DNA of 64,000 bases, taken from contig CAXXTB010000002.1 of assembly GCA_963676795.2 (NCBI GenBank), positions 672,001 to 736,000 on the forward strand. The letters run 5' to 3'. Of the stretch, positions 9,499 through 20,187 are shown one piece after another. Position numbers and translations under genes: made by a program. This DNA comes from Geopsychrobacteraceae bacterium (GTDB lineage: Bacteria; Desulfobacterota; Desulfuromonadia; Desulfuromonadales; Geopsychrobacteraceae). The notes below the pieces were generated by a model that was not told the DNA's origin, did no database searches, and was given only the letters and a program-made list of their open reading frames with translations. Numbering within the stretch: the first letter of the stretch is position 1; the number at the start of each line of letters is the position of its first letter.

Positions 9499-10983
9499 AT
9501 GAATGCTGCAACTCCATTTCAGTTCCCGTTGCTGAGCCTGATGCTCTGGCTGCCTGTTCTCGGGGCGGTCCTTTGCCTGGTCTGCTACAAAAAGCCGGAC
9601 CTGCCCCGATGGGTAGCGCTGATCACTACGGCGCTCGTGTTTCTCCTGAGCCTGGTCGCCATTTCTGCCGAGCCTGCAGCTTCCGGCTGGCGGCTCCTGG
9701 AAGACTGCTCCTGGATTCCGTCGCTGGGGATCCGCTATTCGCTCGGTATGGACGGGATCTCACTGTTGCTGGTCATTCTGACCACCTTTCTGCAGCTGGT
9801 TGCGATCGTCATCTCCTGGCGGCAGGATAAATTTCCGGTCCTGTTCTTTCCCCTGCTGCTGATCCTGGAGACAGGGATTATCGGCGTCTTTATCGCCCTT
9901 GACCTGGTGCTGTTCTATCTGTTCTGGGAGCTTATGCTCATCCCGATGTTCTTCCTGATCGGTGTCTGGGGGCATGAAAAGCGCATTCAGGCCGCCGTCA
10001 AGTTCTTCTTCTTCACCCTGACCGGCAGCCTCTGCCTGTTGATCGCCGTGATCAGCCTCTACCTGCTGCATGGACAGCAGACCGGCGACTATAGCTTTGC
10101 TCTTGACGCGCTCAAACAGACCGATCTGACTGCGACCCAGGAGCTGATCTTCTACCTCTGCTTCATGGCCGCCTTTGCCGTCAAGGTTCCGATCTTTCCG
10201 TTTCACAGCTGGCTGCCTGACGCTCATGCCGAGGCGCCGGTCGCCGGTACCGTCGATCTGGCCGGGCTGCTGCTCAAGACCGGTGTCTACGGCATGATCC
10301 GCTTTGCCTTTCCGCTCTTTCCGCATGCTGCTGAAAAAAGCCTGCCGGTGCTGGCTGTGCTGGGGATTATCGGCCTCTTCTACGCGGCCTGGATTGCCAA
10401 CCTGCAGCGTGATATCAAGCGGATTGTCGCTTATTCGTCGATCTCCCACCTTGGGCTGGTCCTGATCGGTCTGGCGGCCTGGAACCAGATCGCCTGGGAG
10501 GGGAGCATGCTGCTGATGATCAATCACGGCATCACTACCGCGGCGGTGTTTATCGCCATTGCTCTGTTCCACCGCCGGACCGGCACCCGGGATATCGAGA
10601 AGCTTGGCGGTCTCTGGCAGAGTCAGCCCAATCTGTCGGCCTTCTTCCTGCTCTTTTGTATGGCCTCCCTGGGGCTCCCCGGACTGGCCAATTTTGCCGG
10701 TGAAATCCTGATCCTGATCGGGACCTTTACCAGCCATTCCGCCTGGGCGATTCTCGCTGTCGGTGGGGTCCTCTTCTCGGCGCTCTATACCCTGCGCATG
10801 GTGCAGGGGACTATCTGGGGGCCGAGTTGTGAGCCATTTGAACGGCAGGATCTGCTGGCTAGTGAGTGGCTGGTGCTCATCCCGCTAGCCATTCTGGTGG
10901 TTGTGCTGGGATGTTACCCTCAGCCTTTGCTCGAGGTTTTGCGTGACCCGGTCAGTCTGCTGTTGCAAGGAGGGCACCCATGA
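9499..10983 (+). CDS. nuoM: NADH-quinone oxidoreductase subunit M
   Basis: FYLFWELMLIPM, KVPIFPFHSWLPDAHAEAP, AYSSISH. Confidence 0.96.
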   Translation: MNAATPFQFPLLSLMLWLPVLGAVLCLVCYKKPDLPRWVALITTALVFLLSLVAISAEPAASGWRLLEDCSWIPSLGIRYSLGMDGISLLLVILTTFLQLVAIVISWRQDKFPVLFFPLLLILETGIIGVFIALDLVLFYLFWELMLIPMFFLIGVWGHEKRIQAAVKFFFFTLTGSLCLLIAVISLYLLHGQQTGDYSFALDALKQTDLTATQELIFYLCFMAAFAVKVPIFPFHSWLPDAHAEAPVAGTVDLAGLLLKTGVYGMIRFAFPLFPHAAEKSLPVLAVLGIIGLFYAAWIANLQRDIKRIVAYSSISHLGLVLIGLAAWNQIAWEGSMLLMINHGITTAAVFIAIALFHRRTGTRDIEKLGGLWQSQPNLSAFFLLFCMASLGLPGLANFAGEILILIGTFTSHSAWAILAVGGVLFSALYTLRMVQGTIWGPSCEPFERQDLLASEWLVLIPLAILVVVLGCYPQPLLEVLRDPVSLLLQGGHP

Positions 10984-12395
10984 CTTCAGCCGCCCTTATC
11001 GCGTTGATTCCCCAGCTGATCCTGGCCCTCGGGGCGACAGCTGTTCTGTTGATCGGTGCCTGGCTGCCGATGAAGCGTGGCTGGCATTATGTTGGCGCAC
11101 TCCTTGCGCTGGTTGCCGCCCTGCTATCCGCGACTGTTCAACCGGCGGCGCTTGATGTTGCCGGTCTCTACACCACGGCGCCCTACGCCCGGTTCTGCTC
11201 TGTCCTCTGGTCGCTGACGGTTGCCGCGACCCTGTTCGGCTCCGGACGTTATTCCGACCAGCGCCGCTTCGGCGGCAGTGAGTACACGTCGTTGCTGTTA
11301 TTTGCCGCTGCTGGTATGAACCTGCTGTCGATGGCGATTTCTCTGGTCGGCCTGTTCCTCGCCCTCGAGGCCTTCACCCTGGTGCTCTATATCCTGATCG
11401 CCTTCAACCGCAACTGTAATCGTGGCGCTGAAGCGGGACTCAAGTACCTGGTCTTCGGTGGTATAGCGACGGCCTTCCTCTCCTTCGGCATTGCCCTGAT
11501 CTATACCGCCAGCGGTAGCTTCATGATCGCCGAGGCCTTCAACGCCCTGCGTGCCGGGCATGACCTGACCCCGCTCGGTTTGGCCGGCTGGGCGATGCTG
11601 CTGGTTGCCATCGGCTTCAAGATTTCCCTGGTTCCGTTTCATCTCTGGACCCCGGATGTCTACCAGGGCGCCCCGGCACCGGTCAGCGGGGTGCTGGCTA
11701 CAGCCGCAAAGGGAGCCGTGCTGACCGCCTTTCTGCCGCTGCTGACCCTTCTCGGCGACAGTGGTGAAACTGTCAGGCAGATTGTCTGGCTGCTGGCGCT
11801 GGTCACCATGCTCGGCGGGACCCTGACGGCTCTGGTCCAGACCAATCTCAAGCGGATGCTCGGTTATTCCTCGGTGGTGCAGATGGGTTATCTGTTGCTG
11901 GCCCTGCTGGTCGGTGGTGTCTCGGGCGGAAAAGCGTTGCTCTTCTACCTGGTTGTCTACACGGTGGCGACCTTTGGCGCTTTTGCCGTCATCACTTCGC
12001 TGGCTCAGGAGACAAGGGAGCTGCAGGATTACGAGGAACTGGCCGGACTGGGCTATCGTTACCCGAAGCGGGCTATCGCGCTGGCTGCCTGTCTGTTCTC
12101 GCTGGCCGGGATTCCGCCTCTGGCGGGGTTCTTCGCCAAGTTCATCCTGTTCCGTACGGCTTTTGCCCACCAGTATACGGGGCTGGCAGTTGTAGGTATC
12201 TTTGCCTCACTGGTTTCAGTCTATTATTATCTGCGTCCTGTCGTGACCCTGTTCATGCGCCAGGATGAGAAGCGGATCGATTGTTCCGGAAGTGTCAGCG
12301 AATACCTGTTGCTGGGTGGTTGTTGCGTTGTGCTGCTCCTGTGCGGCATCTTCCCGGAGCCACTCTTGGCGCTTGTCGCCGCTGTTTTCCCGTAA
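10980..12395 (+). CDS. nuoN: NADH-quinone oxidoreductase subunit N
   Basis: EAGLKY, GFKISLVPFHLWTPDVYQGAP, SLAGIPPLAGFFAKF, YYYLR. Confidence 0.96.
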   Translation: MTSAALIALIPQLILALGATAVLLIGAWLPMKRGWHYVGALLALVAALLSATVQPAALDVAGLYTTAPYARFCSVLWSLTVAATLFGSGRYSDQRRFGGSEYTSLLLFAAAGMNLLSMAISLVGLFLALEAFTLVLYILIAFNRNCNRGAEAGLKYLVFGGIATAFLSFGIALIYTASGSFMIAEAFNALRAGHDLTPLGLAGWAMLLVAIGFKISLVPFHLWTPDVYQGAPAPVSGVLATAAKGAVLTAFLPLLTLLGDSGETVRQIVWLLALVTMLGGTLTALVQTNLKRMLGYSSVVQMGYLLLALLVGGVSGGKALLFYLVVYTVATFGAFAVITSLAQETRELQDYEELAGLGYRYPKRAIALAACLFSLAGIPPLAGFFAKFILFRTAFAHQYTGLAVVGIFASLVSVYYYLRPVVTLFMRQDEKRIDCSGSVSEYLLLGGCCVVLLLCGIFPEPLLALVAAVFP

Positions 12396-12414
12396 CTATC
12401 TCATGGAGCCGTGA

Positions 12415-12825
12415 ATGTCCGAAGAGTCAGAACTTCAGATAAAGATCTTTTTATCAGCATCTTCCTACGCCGTTGCCGGGGCGTCACTTGATCGTGAAAA
12501 ATACGGCAACAAAATTCTGCGCTGCTATTTGCAGCATGGCTATGATGTCATACCGGTTCATCCGAGTGAAGAGACGATTGAAGGGCTTCCCTGCTGTGCC
12601 AGTGTCGGTGCCCTGCCTGACAAGGTTGAAAGCCTGTCTGTCGTAACGCCGCCCAGGGTGACGGAAAAGATCGTTCTTGAGGCGGTCGCCAAAGGGATCA
12701 AGAATGTCTGGATGCAGCCTGGCGCTGAGAGTCACAAGGCCGTTGAGTATTGCCGGGCGCATGGCGTCAATGTCATCGCTGACGGCAGTTGTCTGCTGGT
12801 TGAGCTTGGTTTCCATAACGGATAA
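12415..12825 (+). CDS. CoA-binding protein (YccU-like)
   Basis: AVAGAS.DREKYG, PVHP, VWMQPGAES, and a C-terminal G.CLLVE pattern. Confidence 0.88.
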   Translation: MSEESELQIKIFLSASSYAVAGASLDREKYGNKILRCYLQHGYDVIPVHPSEETIEGLPCCASVGALPDKVESLSVVTPPRVTEKIVLEAVAKGIKNVWMQPGAESHKAVEYCRAHGVNVIADGSCLLVELGFHNG

Positions 12826-12885
12826 GGTTCGATTCTTTTGTGTGAATATGCCGTCGAACTGAGTCAAACTTGGTGAGAGACGCGC

Positions 12886-12912
12886 GGGGGGCTTTCAAGG
12901 CCCCCCTTTTTT
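12886..12912 (+). terminator. Intrinsic terminator ending the nuo-CoA-binding transcript
   Basis: GGGGGGC-TTTCAAG-GCCCCCC followed by TTTTTT. Confidence 0.75.
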
Positions 12913-12973
12913 GTGCTAAATAGAGGGTTGGATTTTTGGACTTTGTTGTGCAGCACCTGTGAAAGGATGCCCG

Positions 12974-14017
12974 ATGAAGAAAAACTGTTTTGCCAGTGAC
13001 AACTACAGTGGAATCTGTCCGGAAGCCTGGGATGCGATGGCTGCGGCGAATAGCGGTTTCGCCAATTCCTATGGTGATGACAAGTGGACAACAAAGGCCT
13101 GTAATCTGCTGCGCGATTTTTTTGAGACGGACTGCCAGGTTTTTTTCGTATTCAACGGTACGGCAGCCAATTCTCTTGCCCTGGCATCTTTGTGTCAGTC
13201 CTATCACAGTATTATCTGCCATGAAATGGCCCATGTCGAAACCGATGAGTGCGGTGCCGGAGAGTTCTTCTCCAACGGTACCAAGCTGCTGCTGGTCAGC
13301 GGCGAAAACGGCAAGGTTGCGCCTTCGGCCGTGACGGAGACCGTCAAAAAACGCAGTGATATTCATTATCCGAAACCCAAGGCTCTGAGTATTACCCAGG
13401 CCACAGAGTTGGGAACTGTCTACAGCGTCGAAGAATTGGCCGGTGTTGCCGATCTCTGCAGACAGCACGACCTCAAGCTGCATATGGACGGGGCCCGCTT
13501 TGCCAACGCCCTGGCCGGGCTTGAGGTCAGCCCCAAGGAGATCAGCTGGCAGGTGGGGGTCGACGTGCTGACCTTCGGCGGGACGAAAAATGGCATGGCT
13601 GCCTGTGAAGCTGTGGTATTCTTCAATCCTGAGCTGGCCTATGAGTTCGATTATCGCTGCAAGCAGGCGGGCCAACTGGCTTCAAAGATGCGTTTTTTGT
13701 CAGCGCCCTGGGTTGGTATGCTTGAATCGGGCGCCTTGCTGAACTATGCAGGCTATGCCAACTCCTGCGCCCGACGGTTGAGAGATGAATTGCTGACGGT
13801 GCAGGATGTCCGCCTGGTCCAGCCCGTGGAGGCCAACGCCGTGTTTGTTGAAATGCCTGAAAAATTGATAGAGGCTTTACATGAGGCCGGTTGGCATTTC
13901 TATACCTTTATCGGTTCCGGACATGCCCGTTTTATGTGCTCCTGGCAGACGTCTGTTGATGATATCGTCGCCTTTGGAAAAGAGCTGAGGTATCTGGCTG
14001 AACGTGTCTCTCACTGA
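12974..14017 (+). CDS. ltaE: Low-specificity L-threonine aldolase (PLP-dependent)
   Basis: FASDNYSG, YGDD, FNGTAANSLAL, LHMDGARFANA, PLP lysine in GGTKNG. ATG at 12974 follows an AAGGA SD. Confidence 0.9.
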   Translation: MKKNCFASDNYSGICPEAWDAMAAANSGFANSYGDDKWTTKACNLLRDFFETDCQVFFVFNGTAANSLALASLCQSYHSIICHEMAHVETDECGAGEFFSNGTKLLLVSGENGKVAPSAVTETVKKRSDIHYPKPKALSITQATELGTVYSVEELAGVADLCRQHDLKLHMDGARFANALAGLEVSPKEISWQVGVDVLTFGGTKNGMAACEAVVFFNPELAYEFDYRCKQAGQLASKMRFLSAPWVGMLESGALLNYAGYANSCARRLRDELLTVQDVRLVQPVEANAVFVEMPEKLIEALHEAGWHFYTFIGSGHARFMCSWQTSVDDIVAFGKELRYLAERVSH

Positions 14018-14038
14018 CCTGATGCCTGGCTCACGATT

Positions 14039-14893
14039 ATGAATATGTTCAGTGATTTCGATTCGATCATCAACAGCATGGGGGACTTGCCGCCTTCCCC
14101 GCTGGTCGCAACCAAAGTTCTCGAACTGTTGAGAAAACCTGATCTGCGCATCAAGGAACTGGCCAATGCTGTTTCCCTCGATCCGGTTATCTCCGCCCGG
14201 CTGCTGCGTATGGCCAATTCGGTTGTTTACCAGCAGATGAAGCAGATCAGCAGCGTTGACCGTGCCTTGGTTGTCGTCGGTGAGGATGTGCTGAAAAACC
14301 TGGCCCTCGAATGCAGCCTGCGCGGAACCCAGATGACCCATGGTGTGCTCGAACGCAGGCTGTGGGAGAATTCCATCGGCTGTGCGGTCGCCGCACGGAT
14401 GCTGACCCGTAGAATGACCAAGCTGGATCCCGGGGAAGCCTATCTGGCCGGTTTGCAGCACAATATCGGCAAGGTTGTGATGATCAACCGTGACAAAGAC
14501 CTTTATCGCGAGGTCGTCAGAGTCGTCGAGAACGGCGAAGGGCAGCTTCAGGATGTTGAGCGCGGTCTGTTTGCCTACTCGCATGAACTGGTTGGTGCTG
14601 CCTTGCTTGATCGTTGGAATTATCCGAAATTCCTGGTTCAGGTCACTCTGCATCATCATGATTTCGAGACCTGCAGGGATCTTGATCCAAAGATTTTCAA
14701 GCTCTGCGCGATTATGAATATTGCTCAGGATTTCTGCCGGATGTTTGGCATCGGCTACGAAGAAAAACAGGATGTCTATCCGGGACTGGGGCGTGGCGCC
14801 CTGGCGATTGAGGCGAACCCGATGATTGTCGATGAGCTGGCCGAACGGTTCTATCCGGAATTTGTCAAAGAACGGACCCTGTTCCTTTCCTGA
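14039..14893 (+). CDS. HDOD domain protein
   Basis: LPPSP, DPVISARLLRMANS, AYLAGLQHNIGKVV, HELVGAALLDRWNYP. Confidence 0.9.
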   Translation: MNMFSDFDSIINSMGDLPPSPLVATKVLELLRKPDLRIKELANAVSLDPVISARLLRMANSVVYQQMKQISSVDRALVVVGEDVLKNLALECSLRGTQMTHGVLERRLWENSIGCAVAARMLTRRMTKLDPGEAYLAGLQHNIGKVVMINRDKDLYREVVRVVENGEGQLQDVERGLFAYSHELVGAALLDRWNYPKFLVQVTLHHHDFETCRDLDPKIFKLCAIMNIAQDFCRMFGIGYEEKQDVYPGLGRGALAIEANPMIVDELAERFYPEFVKERTLFLS

Positions 14894-15000
14894 TAAAAAA
14901 TGAGTATGGATTGTCATCCATTGGGGAGCTGTGTAGCTTGCGGAGAACCCTGTGGTTGTTATAACGCCAAACCGAGGGGGTTGGCTGATAGGAGAGAAAA

Positions 15001-16092
15001 ATGTGCAAGAAAATTTTCATTGCTGCAACAGATCAGAACTGCGGAAAAACGACGGTCAGTTTGTCTCTGCTGCATCTGGCGTTGAGCAAATACAAAACGG
15101 TTGGTTTCATCAAGCCGTTCGGACCAAAGAGAACCATCTATAGCGGGCATGCGATCGACGTTGATGCCGCTCTGATTGCCTACGTTTACAGTCTGGATGA
15201 GAGCCTTGAGCAGATGTCGCCGGTGGTTCTCGACACCCATACAACCCGGGATTTTCTCGATGGCAAGGTTGATTCGGCGTTTTATCTCAAGCGGATCAAA
15301 AAAGCAGTGAAGGAGCTTGAAGAGCAATGTGATTTTCTGATCATCGAGGGCGCAGGGCACGCAGGTGTCGGTGCGGTTATGGGGTTGAGTAACGCGCATT
15401 TGGCTAAGGAACTGGATGCACCGGTCCTGATCGTGTCTGGCGGAGGAGTCGGGGTGGTCATTGACGCCCTGCACCTCAATCTGGCCATGTTCCGCGAAAC
15501 CGGTGCCGATGTGCGGATGATTTTTGTCAACAAGCTGTTGCAGGAGAAGCGTGAGACAACCCTGCGTTATCTGCAGCTGGCCTTCCGTGATTCGCCGATC
15601 AAGGTTGTCGGCGGTTTTAACTATTCCCCGATTCTGGCCAATCCGACCTTGAAATATCTCTCTGAATTTCTTGATGCTCCACTGGGCGGGGATGCCGATC
15701 AGGCCAGCCGGATCGTTCATAATATCCGCCTGGCGGCCGCTTCGACCCAGCGGGTTGTCGATCTGCTCGGGGAGTCGAGCCTGGTTCTTGTCACCGGCAG
15801 CCGCGATGAGGTTCTGGTCATGCTCTCGACTCTTTATCATCTTCCGGAATATCGCAAGAAAATTGCCGGTCTACTGATCACGGGGATCAAACCGGTGGCC
15901 AAGATCGTTCAGCGGGTTCTGGATGATTCCGGGATCCCTTTTATGCGCTCTGACGATACATCGGCCAATCTCTATACCAAGATTCAGGCGGATGTCGCCA
16001 AGATTGGCCCCGATGATGATGAGAAAATAAAGCTGGTCAAACAGCTGGCTGAGAGTGAACTCTGCTTTGATACCATCGATGCGTTGTTCTGA
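15001..16092 (+). CDS. BioD-like P-loop/DRTGG-domain protein (phosphotransacetylase N-terminal family)
   Basis: IFIAATDQNCGKTT, GFIKP, LIIEGAG, GLSNA, and a DRTGG-like VTGSRDEV. Confidence 0.8.
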   Translation: MCKKIFIAATDQNCGKTTVSLSLLHLALSKYKTVGFIKPFGPKRTIYSGHAIDVDAALIAYVYSLDESLEQMSPVVLDTHTTRDFLDGKVDSAFYLKRIKKAVKELEEQCDFLIIEGAGHAGVGAVMGLSNAHLAKELDAPVLIVSGGGVGVVIDALHLNLAMFRETGADVRMIFVNKLLQEKRETTLRYLQLAFRDSPIKVVGGFNYSPILANPTLKYLSEFLDAPLGGDADQASRIVHNIRLAAASTQRVVDLLGESSLVLVTGSRDEVLVMLSTLYHLPEYRKKIAGLLITGIKPVAKIVQRVLDDSGIPFMRSDDTSANLYTKIQADVAKIGPDDDEKIKLVKQLAESELCFDTIDALF

Positions 16093-16116
16093 CGGGAAGG
16101 GAACCGAGGCCATAGC

Positions 16117-17355
16117 ATGAGTTTTCTGAAAAAAATATTCGGTTCGGCAGGGAGTTTGTCGAGTCTGGAAAAGGCTTTTGAGCAGCGGCGCTTTGCCGAT
16201 GTCCGCCGGATTGCCGATGACCTGCTGAGCGCAGGAACTGAATCCGCAGAGCGGAGCCGCATCGAAGAGTTGCGGAGCCTGTCGAGCGATGCCCTGGCCC
16301 GCCTGAACCTTGATGAAGGACTCGGTCTGTTGCGCTGCGGACAGCCACAACGCGCTACTGAGCATCTGACCCTCGCCGCACAGCAGGCGAGCAGTGCCGA
16401 GCTGCGCCAGCAGGTCGCCCAGGCTCTCGCTGAAGCCGGACCTGCGGCTGGCGAACCACTGAAAGCGGATTCGGCTGAGTGTCTCAGCGCTGCGGAAGAG
16501 ATGGCCGAAAGGCTCGATCCTGATCATGACAGTCAGTTGGAACTGATTTTGTCTTCCTATCCTGAGACTGTCCGCGCTCGCTATCTCTCCGCTGGTGATC
16601 TCTTTGTGGCTGCTTTTCTCGCCGCCCATGGGGGAGATGATGAGAAGGCTCTGGCGCTGTGGCAAGAGGTTGACGAGTCAGAAAGGGATGCGCTGTTCTG
16701 TTTCGAATATGGTGCGACTCTGGCCCGCCTGGGGCGTCTTGAGGAGGCTTGTGGTTCATTAACGCAGGCCTGTTCATTGCGACCTGACCTGCAGTTTGTT
16801 CAGGAATCGCTGGCAGCTGTTCTGATGGGGGTGGGAGAGTTCGCTGCCGCGCAGCAGCAGCTCGAACATTACCTGCAGACGGGCGGTGACGCCGCCTTTG
16901 CCCACGGGCAACTGGCACTGCTGGCATTTCGTCAACAGGAGTACCCGGCGGCCGTTGCAGAAATCAGCTCAGCGATCGAAGCGGGCAACCGGGATGGACA
17001 ATTTCTGCTGTTTGCGGCCAGCCTGCTGGAACAAAAGGGCGAGGTAAAAGAGGCTGAGCGCATCCTGAAGCTGCTGCCGGTTTCCAGTTGTTCCGGTCAG
17101 CCCGCACTGCCGTTGGCTGAGTTCTGGCTGCGCCAGAAGCGCGAGCTGGCGAAGGCCCTTGACCTTTTCAACGCCGCCTGCCGGGATGATCCGCAGAATC
17201 CCCGCTGGCAGCTCCGCGTGGCCCAGACTTATGCCGCAAGACGCTGGAGCAAGGATGCCCTGAAGTTGATCCGCAAGGTCGTTTCTGATCCGCGCCTGGA
17301 GCAACCCCTGGTGCGCGAAGCCGAAGAGCTTCTCGCTCAGCTGGAGAACTGTTGA
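16117..17355 (+). CDS. Tetratricopeptide-repeat protein
   Basis: Repeated Ala/Leu-rich helical TPR patterns (LARLGRLEEA, DPQNPRWQLRVAQTY). Confidence 0.75.
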   Translation: MSFLKKIFGSAGSLSSLEKAFEQRRFADVRRIADDLLSAGTESAERSRIEELRSLSSDALARLNLDEGLGLLRCGQPQRATEHLTLAAQQASSAELRQQVAQALAEAGPAAGEPLKADSAECLSAAEEMAERLDPDHDSQLELILSSYPETVRARYLSAGDLFVAAFLAAHGGDDEKALALWQEVDESERDALFCFEYGATLARLGRLEEACGSLTQACSLRPDLQFVQESLAAVLMGVGEFAAAQQQLEHYLQTGGDAAFAHGQLALLAFRQQEYPAAVAEISSAIEAGNRDGQFLLFAASLLEQKGEVKEAERILKLLPVSSCSGQPALPLAEFWLRQKRELAKALDLFNAACRDDPQNPRWQLRVAQTYAARRWSKDALKLIRKVVSDPRLEQPLVREAEELLAQLENC

Positions 17356-17816
17356 TGGCCAGTCTGGCCGAGGTTAAAGGTTATCTCGCCGGTCATGGGA
17401 TTGAGGTGCTGGAATTTACCCAGCAGACTGCGACAGCCGAGACAGCCGCACAAGCTGTCGGCTGCAGTGCCGCCGAGATCGCGAAGACACTGCTGTTCAT
17501 TGTCGGAGAAACGCCGCTGGTGATTGTCACCTGCGGTGATATGAAGGTTAAAAGTTCATTGCTTAAGAAGGCCAGCGGCCTGTCTGGCAAGGTCAAGCTG
17601 CCACAGGGCCAGGAGGTCCTGCACCATACGGGCTATGCCCCGGGAGGGGTCTGCCCGTTTCTTTTGCCGGCCGATTTGTGTATATTGCTCGATAGTTCAT
17701 TGGCGAGATTTGACCTGGTTTATGCCGCAGCAGGAAACTGCCATACTGTTGTGCCGCTGACGCTGTCCCAGTTACAGCTCTTAACCCGGGGGACCCTCGT
17801 TGAAGTCTGTGCTTAA
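17355..17816 (+). CDS. YbaK/EbsC aminoacyl-tRNA deacylase family protein
   Basis: TAETAAQAVGC...IAKTL and TGYAPGGVCPF. Confidence 0.9.
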   Translation: MASLAEVKGYLAGHGIEVLEFTQQTATAETAAQAVGCSAAEIAKTLLFIVGETPLVIVTCGDMKVKSSLLKKASGLSGKVKLPQGQEVLHHTGYAPGGVCPFLLPADLCILLDSSLARFDLVYAAAGNCHTVVPLTLSQLQLLTRGTLVEVCA

Positions 17817-17923
17817 TCGCTGTTAAATAATTAAATAAAATTATTAGTTTGATTGAATTAGTTTAGAATTTGATGTAATTATAGAATCCGTTAATAAAAT
17901 TTATTGTTTTGTTATGGTGCCCT

Positions 17924-18982
17924 ATGTTTACTGAGACCGTCAATCGTTATCAGGCAAGCGAAAGCATGAATAATTCGTGGGGATTTGCCCAGTTACTGGA
18001 GCATATTGACATCGGTATCCTGGTGCTTGATCTGGACCGGGAGCAGATTGACTACTGTAATACAGCCTTTTTCGAGATGGTCCGTGACGATACGCTGTGT
18101 CGCAACTATTCTCGTCTTTTTCAACTTTTTATCGGTGAAGGAGAGGCTGTTAAACGCAACCTGCAGAGCGAATATTTTACCGGGCAGTTCAATCTGAAAG
18201 GACACCTGTTCGGTTACTCTGCCTACCGGGCTGAGACACGCTACCGTTGTTTCTTCATTCGCGACATTACCGATAAGAGCCGCCTGGAGTCGATAGCCCA
18301 AGCCGTCAATGTCATGGACAATATCGGTTTCATCTTCTCGGGGATTCGTCATGAAATCGGCAACCCGTTGAACTCACTGAAGATGGCTCTCAGCGTTCTG
18401 CGCCAGAATGTCGATACGGTGTCCAAGGAGATGCTCAAGGAATACCTCGATCGTGGTATGGCCGATGTAGAACGGATGAGCTATCTGTTAAAGGCGTTGA
18501 AGACCTTCAGTCTTTATGACAACGTCGAGATCAAAACAGTTCATCTTGTCGAGTTCATGGAAAAGTTCATTGCGCTGGTCGAGCGGGACTTTCATTCGTT
18601 GGGGATTCATATCAAGACGGAAATTCCATTGAACCTGCCATTGGTCGCCATCGATTCCCGGGCTCTTCACCAGGCCTTGCTCAATGTATTCAGTAATGCG
18701 GCAGACGCACTGAAAGAAATCAGAAAACCGCAGTTGCTGATTCGCGCCGAAGTCCGTGGATCGCTGGTCTGTCTGACGGTGGCTGACAACGGCTGTGGGA
18801 TCAAGCCGGAGCAGATGAAGCATCTGTTTCAGCCGTTCAATACCAGTAAGGTTATGGGGAATGGTCTGGGGCTGGTCATCACCCGAAAGCTGCTGGCGAT
18901 GATGAATGGCGATATCGAGATTGCCAGCACCGCCGGGCTGGGGACAACAGTTTCGATCCGGTTGGCAATGGCCGGGATCTGA
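17924..18982 (+). CDS. Cytoplasmic PAS-like sensor histidine kinase
   Basis: H-box IRHEIGNPL, N-box QALLNVFSNA, DNGCGI, FQPFNTSK, GNGLGL. No TM segment; start could also be 17966. Confidence 0.9.
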   Translation: MFTETVNRYQASESMNNSWGFAQLLEHIDIGILVLDLDREQIDYCNTAFFEMVRDDTLCRNYSRLFQLFIGEGEAVKRNLQSEYFTGQFNLKGHLFGYSAYRAETRYRCFFIRDITDKSRLESIAQAVNVMDNIGFIFSGIRHEIGNPLNSLKMALSVLRQNVDTVSKEMLKEYLDRGMADVERMSYLLKALKTFSLYDNVEIKTVHLVEFMEKFIALVERDFHSLGIHIKTEIPLNLPLVAIDSRALHQALLNVFSNAADALKEIRKPQLLIRAEVRGSLVCLTVADNGCGIKPEQMKHLFQPFNTSKVMGNGLGLVITRKLLAMMNGDIEIASTAGLGTTVSIRLAMAGI

Positions 18983-19028
18983 ACTGGTTTTATGTCATGC
19001 AGTTGAACGTTAGAAAGAGGGATAAGTT

Positions 19029-20144
19029 ATGGTAAAAAAGGTACTGATCGTTGATGACGAGAAATCATTTCTTCTTTCTCTAAGGGACGGACTCAGCAGC
19101 CATAGTGAGCAATTCGAAATCTTTACCGCTGAAAATGGGAAGGAAGCGGTCGAGGTTCTGACCAGCAACGCCATCGATCTGCTGGTAACCGATCTGAAAC
19201 TGCCGGTCATGGATGGTTTTGAACTGCTCGCCTGGTCAAGCCGGCATCAGCCACAGCTGCCTGTTATTGTCATGTCCGCTTTTGGAACTCCGGAAATCGA
19301 GCAGCGCCTGGCCAGTATGGATACCCTCGCGTTTCTCGACAAGCCACTTGATCTGGAAACCCTGGAGCGCGGCATCATCAAGGGTTTAAAGGCCAGAAAT
19401 ACCAGTTTTATCAGAGGGATTTCCCTGGCAACCTTTCTTCAGCTGGTCAAGGCAGAAAAGAAAAACTGCACCTTGAAGGTTTTGTCTCCGGACGTTCCGC
19501 TTCCCGCATATCTATACATCCGCAGCGGAGAATTGATCGATGCCGATTTTGGTGATGTGCATGGTCTGGAGGCCGCGCTGGATGTCGTCTGTTGGGATAA
19601 AACTGAAATCGAGATGGACGGTATCTGTCGTCGCCAGGTCGATATTATCAAGCTGCCGATAGAACATCTGCTGATGGATGCCTTCCGGCTTAAGGATGAG
19701 CAGGCGGAAGAGGAAAAGCAGGCGGGCAGCGCTGCTGGCGCGACTCCGAAAAAGATCGCGGGGGCCACGACAGAAGACAAAAAAGAGACACCGGTCAGGG
19801 AATCATCCGGCACAAAGGAGGAGCTGAAGTCGGTCACGGAGTTGTTGCAGAAGCTCAAAGATCTTCAGGAGTTTGCCGTTTTCGACAAAGAGGGCCGGTT
19901 GCTTTCCAGTGCTCCGGCGAACTGTTTTCTGCAGCAGTTTGACATAAAATCGCTGACTGGGCTGCTGGACAACCTAGCCGGTGAGATAGGCGGGAAGGGG
20001 CGACAGCGCTCCATGTTGCTCAATTCTGGGGCCCGGGACCGTTTTCTGCTTTTCCCCTGCCGGCATTACAATATCGTAACCAGGTTGAAATCGGGGGCAC
20101 AGACGCATAAGGTCGCAGCCGATGTCGCTTCAAAGGTCGCATAA
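19029..20144 (+). CDS. Response regulator with DUF4388 (PATAN-like) domain and a probable C-terminal roadblock-like domain
   Basis: REC motifs IVDDE, TDLKLPVMDG, KP. GISLATFLQLV..EKKNCTL...G.LIDA...GLEAA..V..W is the DUF4388 pattern. Confidence 0.85.
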   Translation: MVKKVLIVDDEKSFLLSLRDGLSSHSEQFEIFTAENGKEAVEVLTSNAIDLLVTDLKLPVMDGFELLAWSSRHQPQLPVIVMSAFGTPEIEQRLASMDTLAFLDKPLDLETLERGIIKGLKARNTSFIRGISLATFLQLVKAEKKNCTLKVLSPDVPLPAYLYIRSGELIDADFGDVHGLEAALDVVCWDKTEIEMDGICRRQVDIIKLPIEHLLMDAFRLKDEQAEEEKQAGSAAGATPKKIAGATTEDKKETPVRESSGTKEELKSVTELLQKLKDLQEFAVFDKEGRLLSSAPANCFLQQFDIKSLTGLLDNLAGEIGGKGRQRSMLLNSGARDRFLLFPCRHYNIVTRLKSGAQTHKVAADVASKVA

Positions 20145-20187
20145 TCAAAACGATATCGAGAACGTATTTCAGGTACAGTGAGGTGTT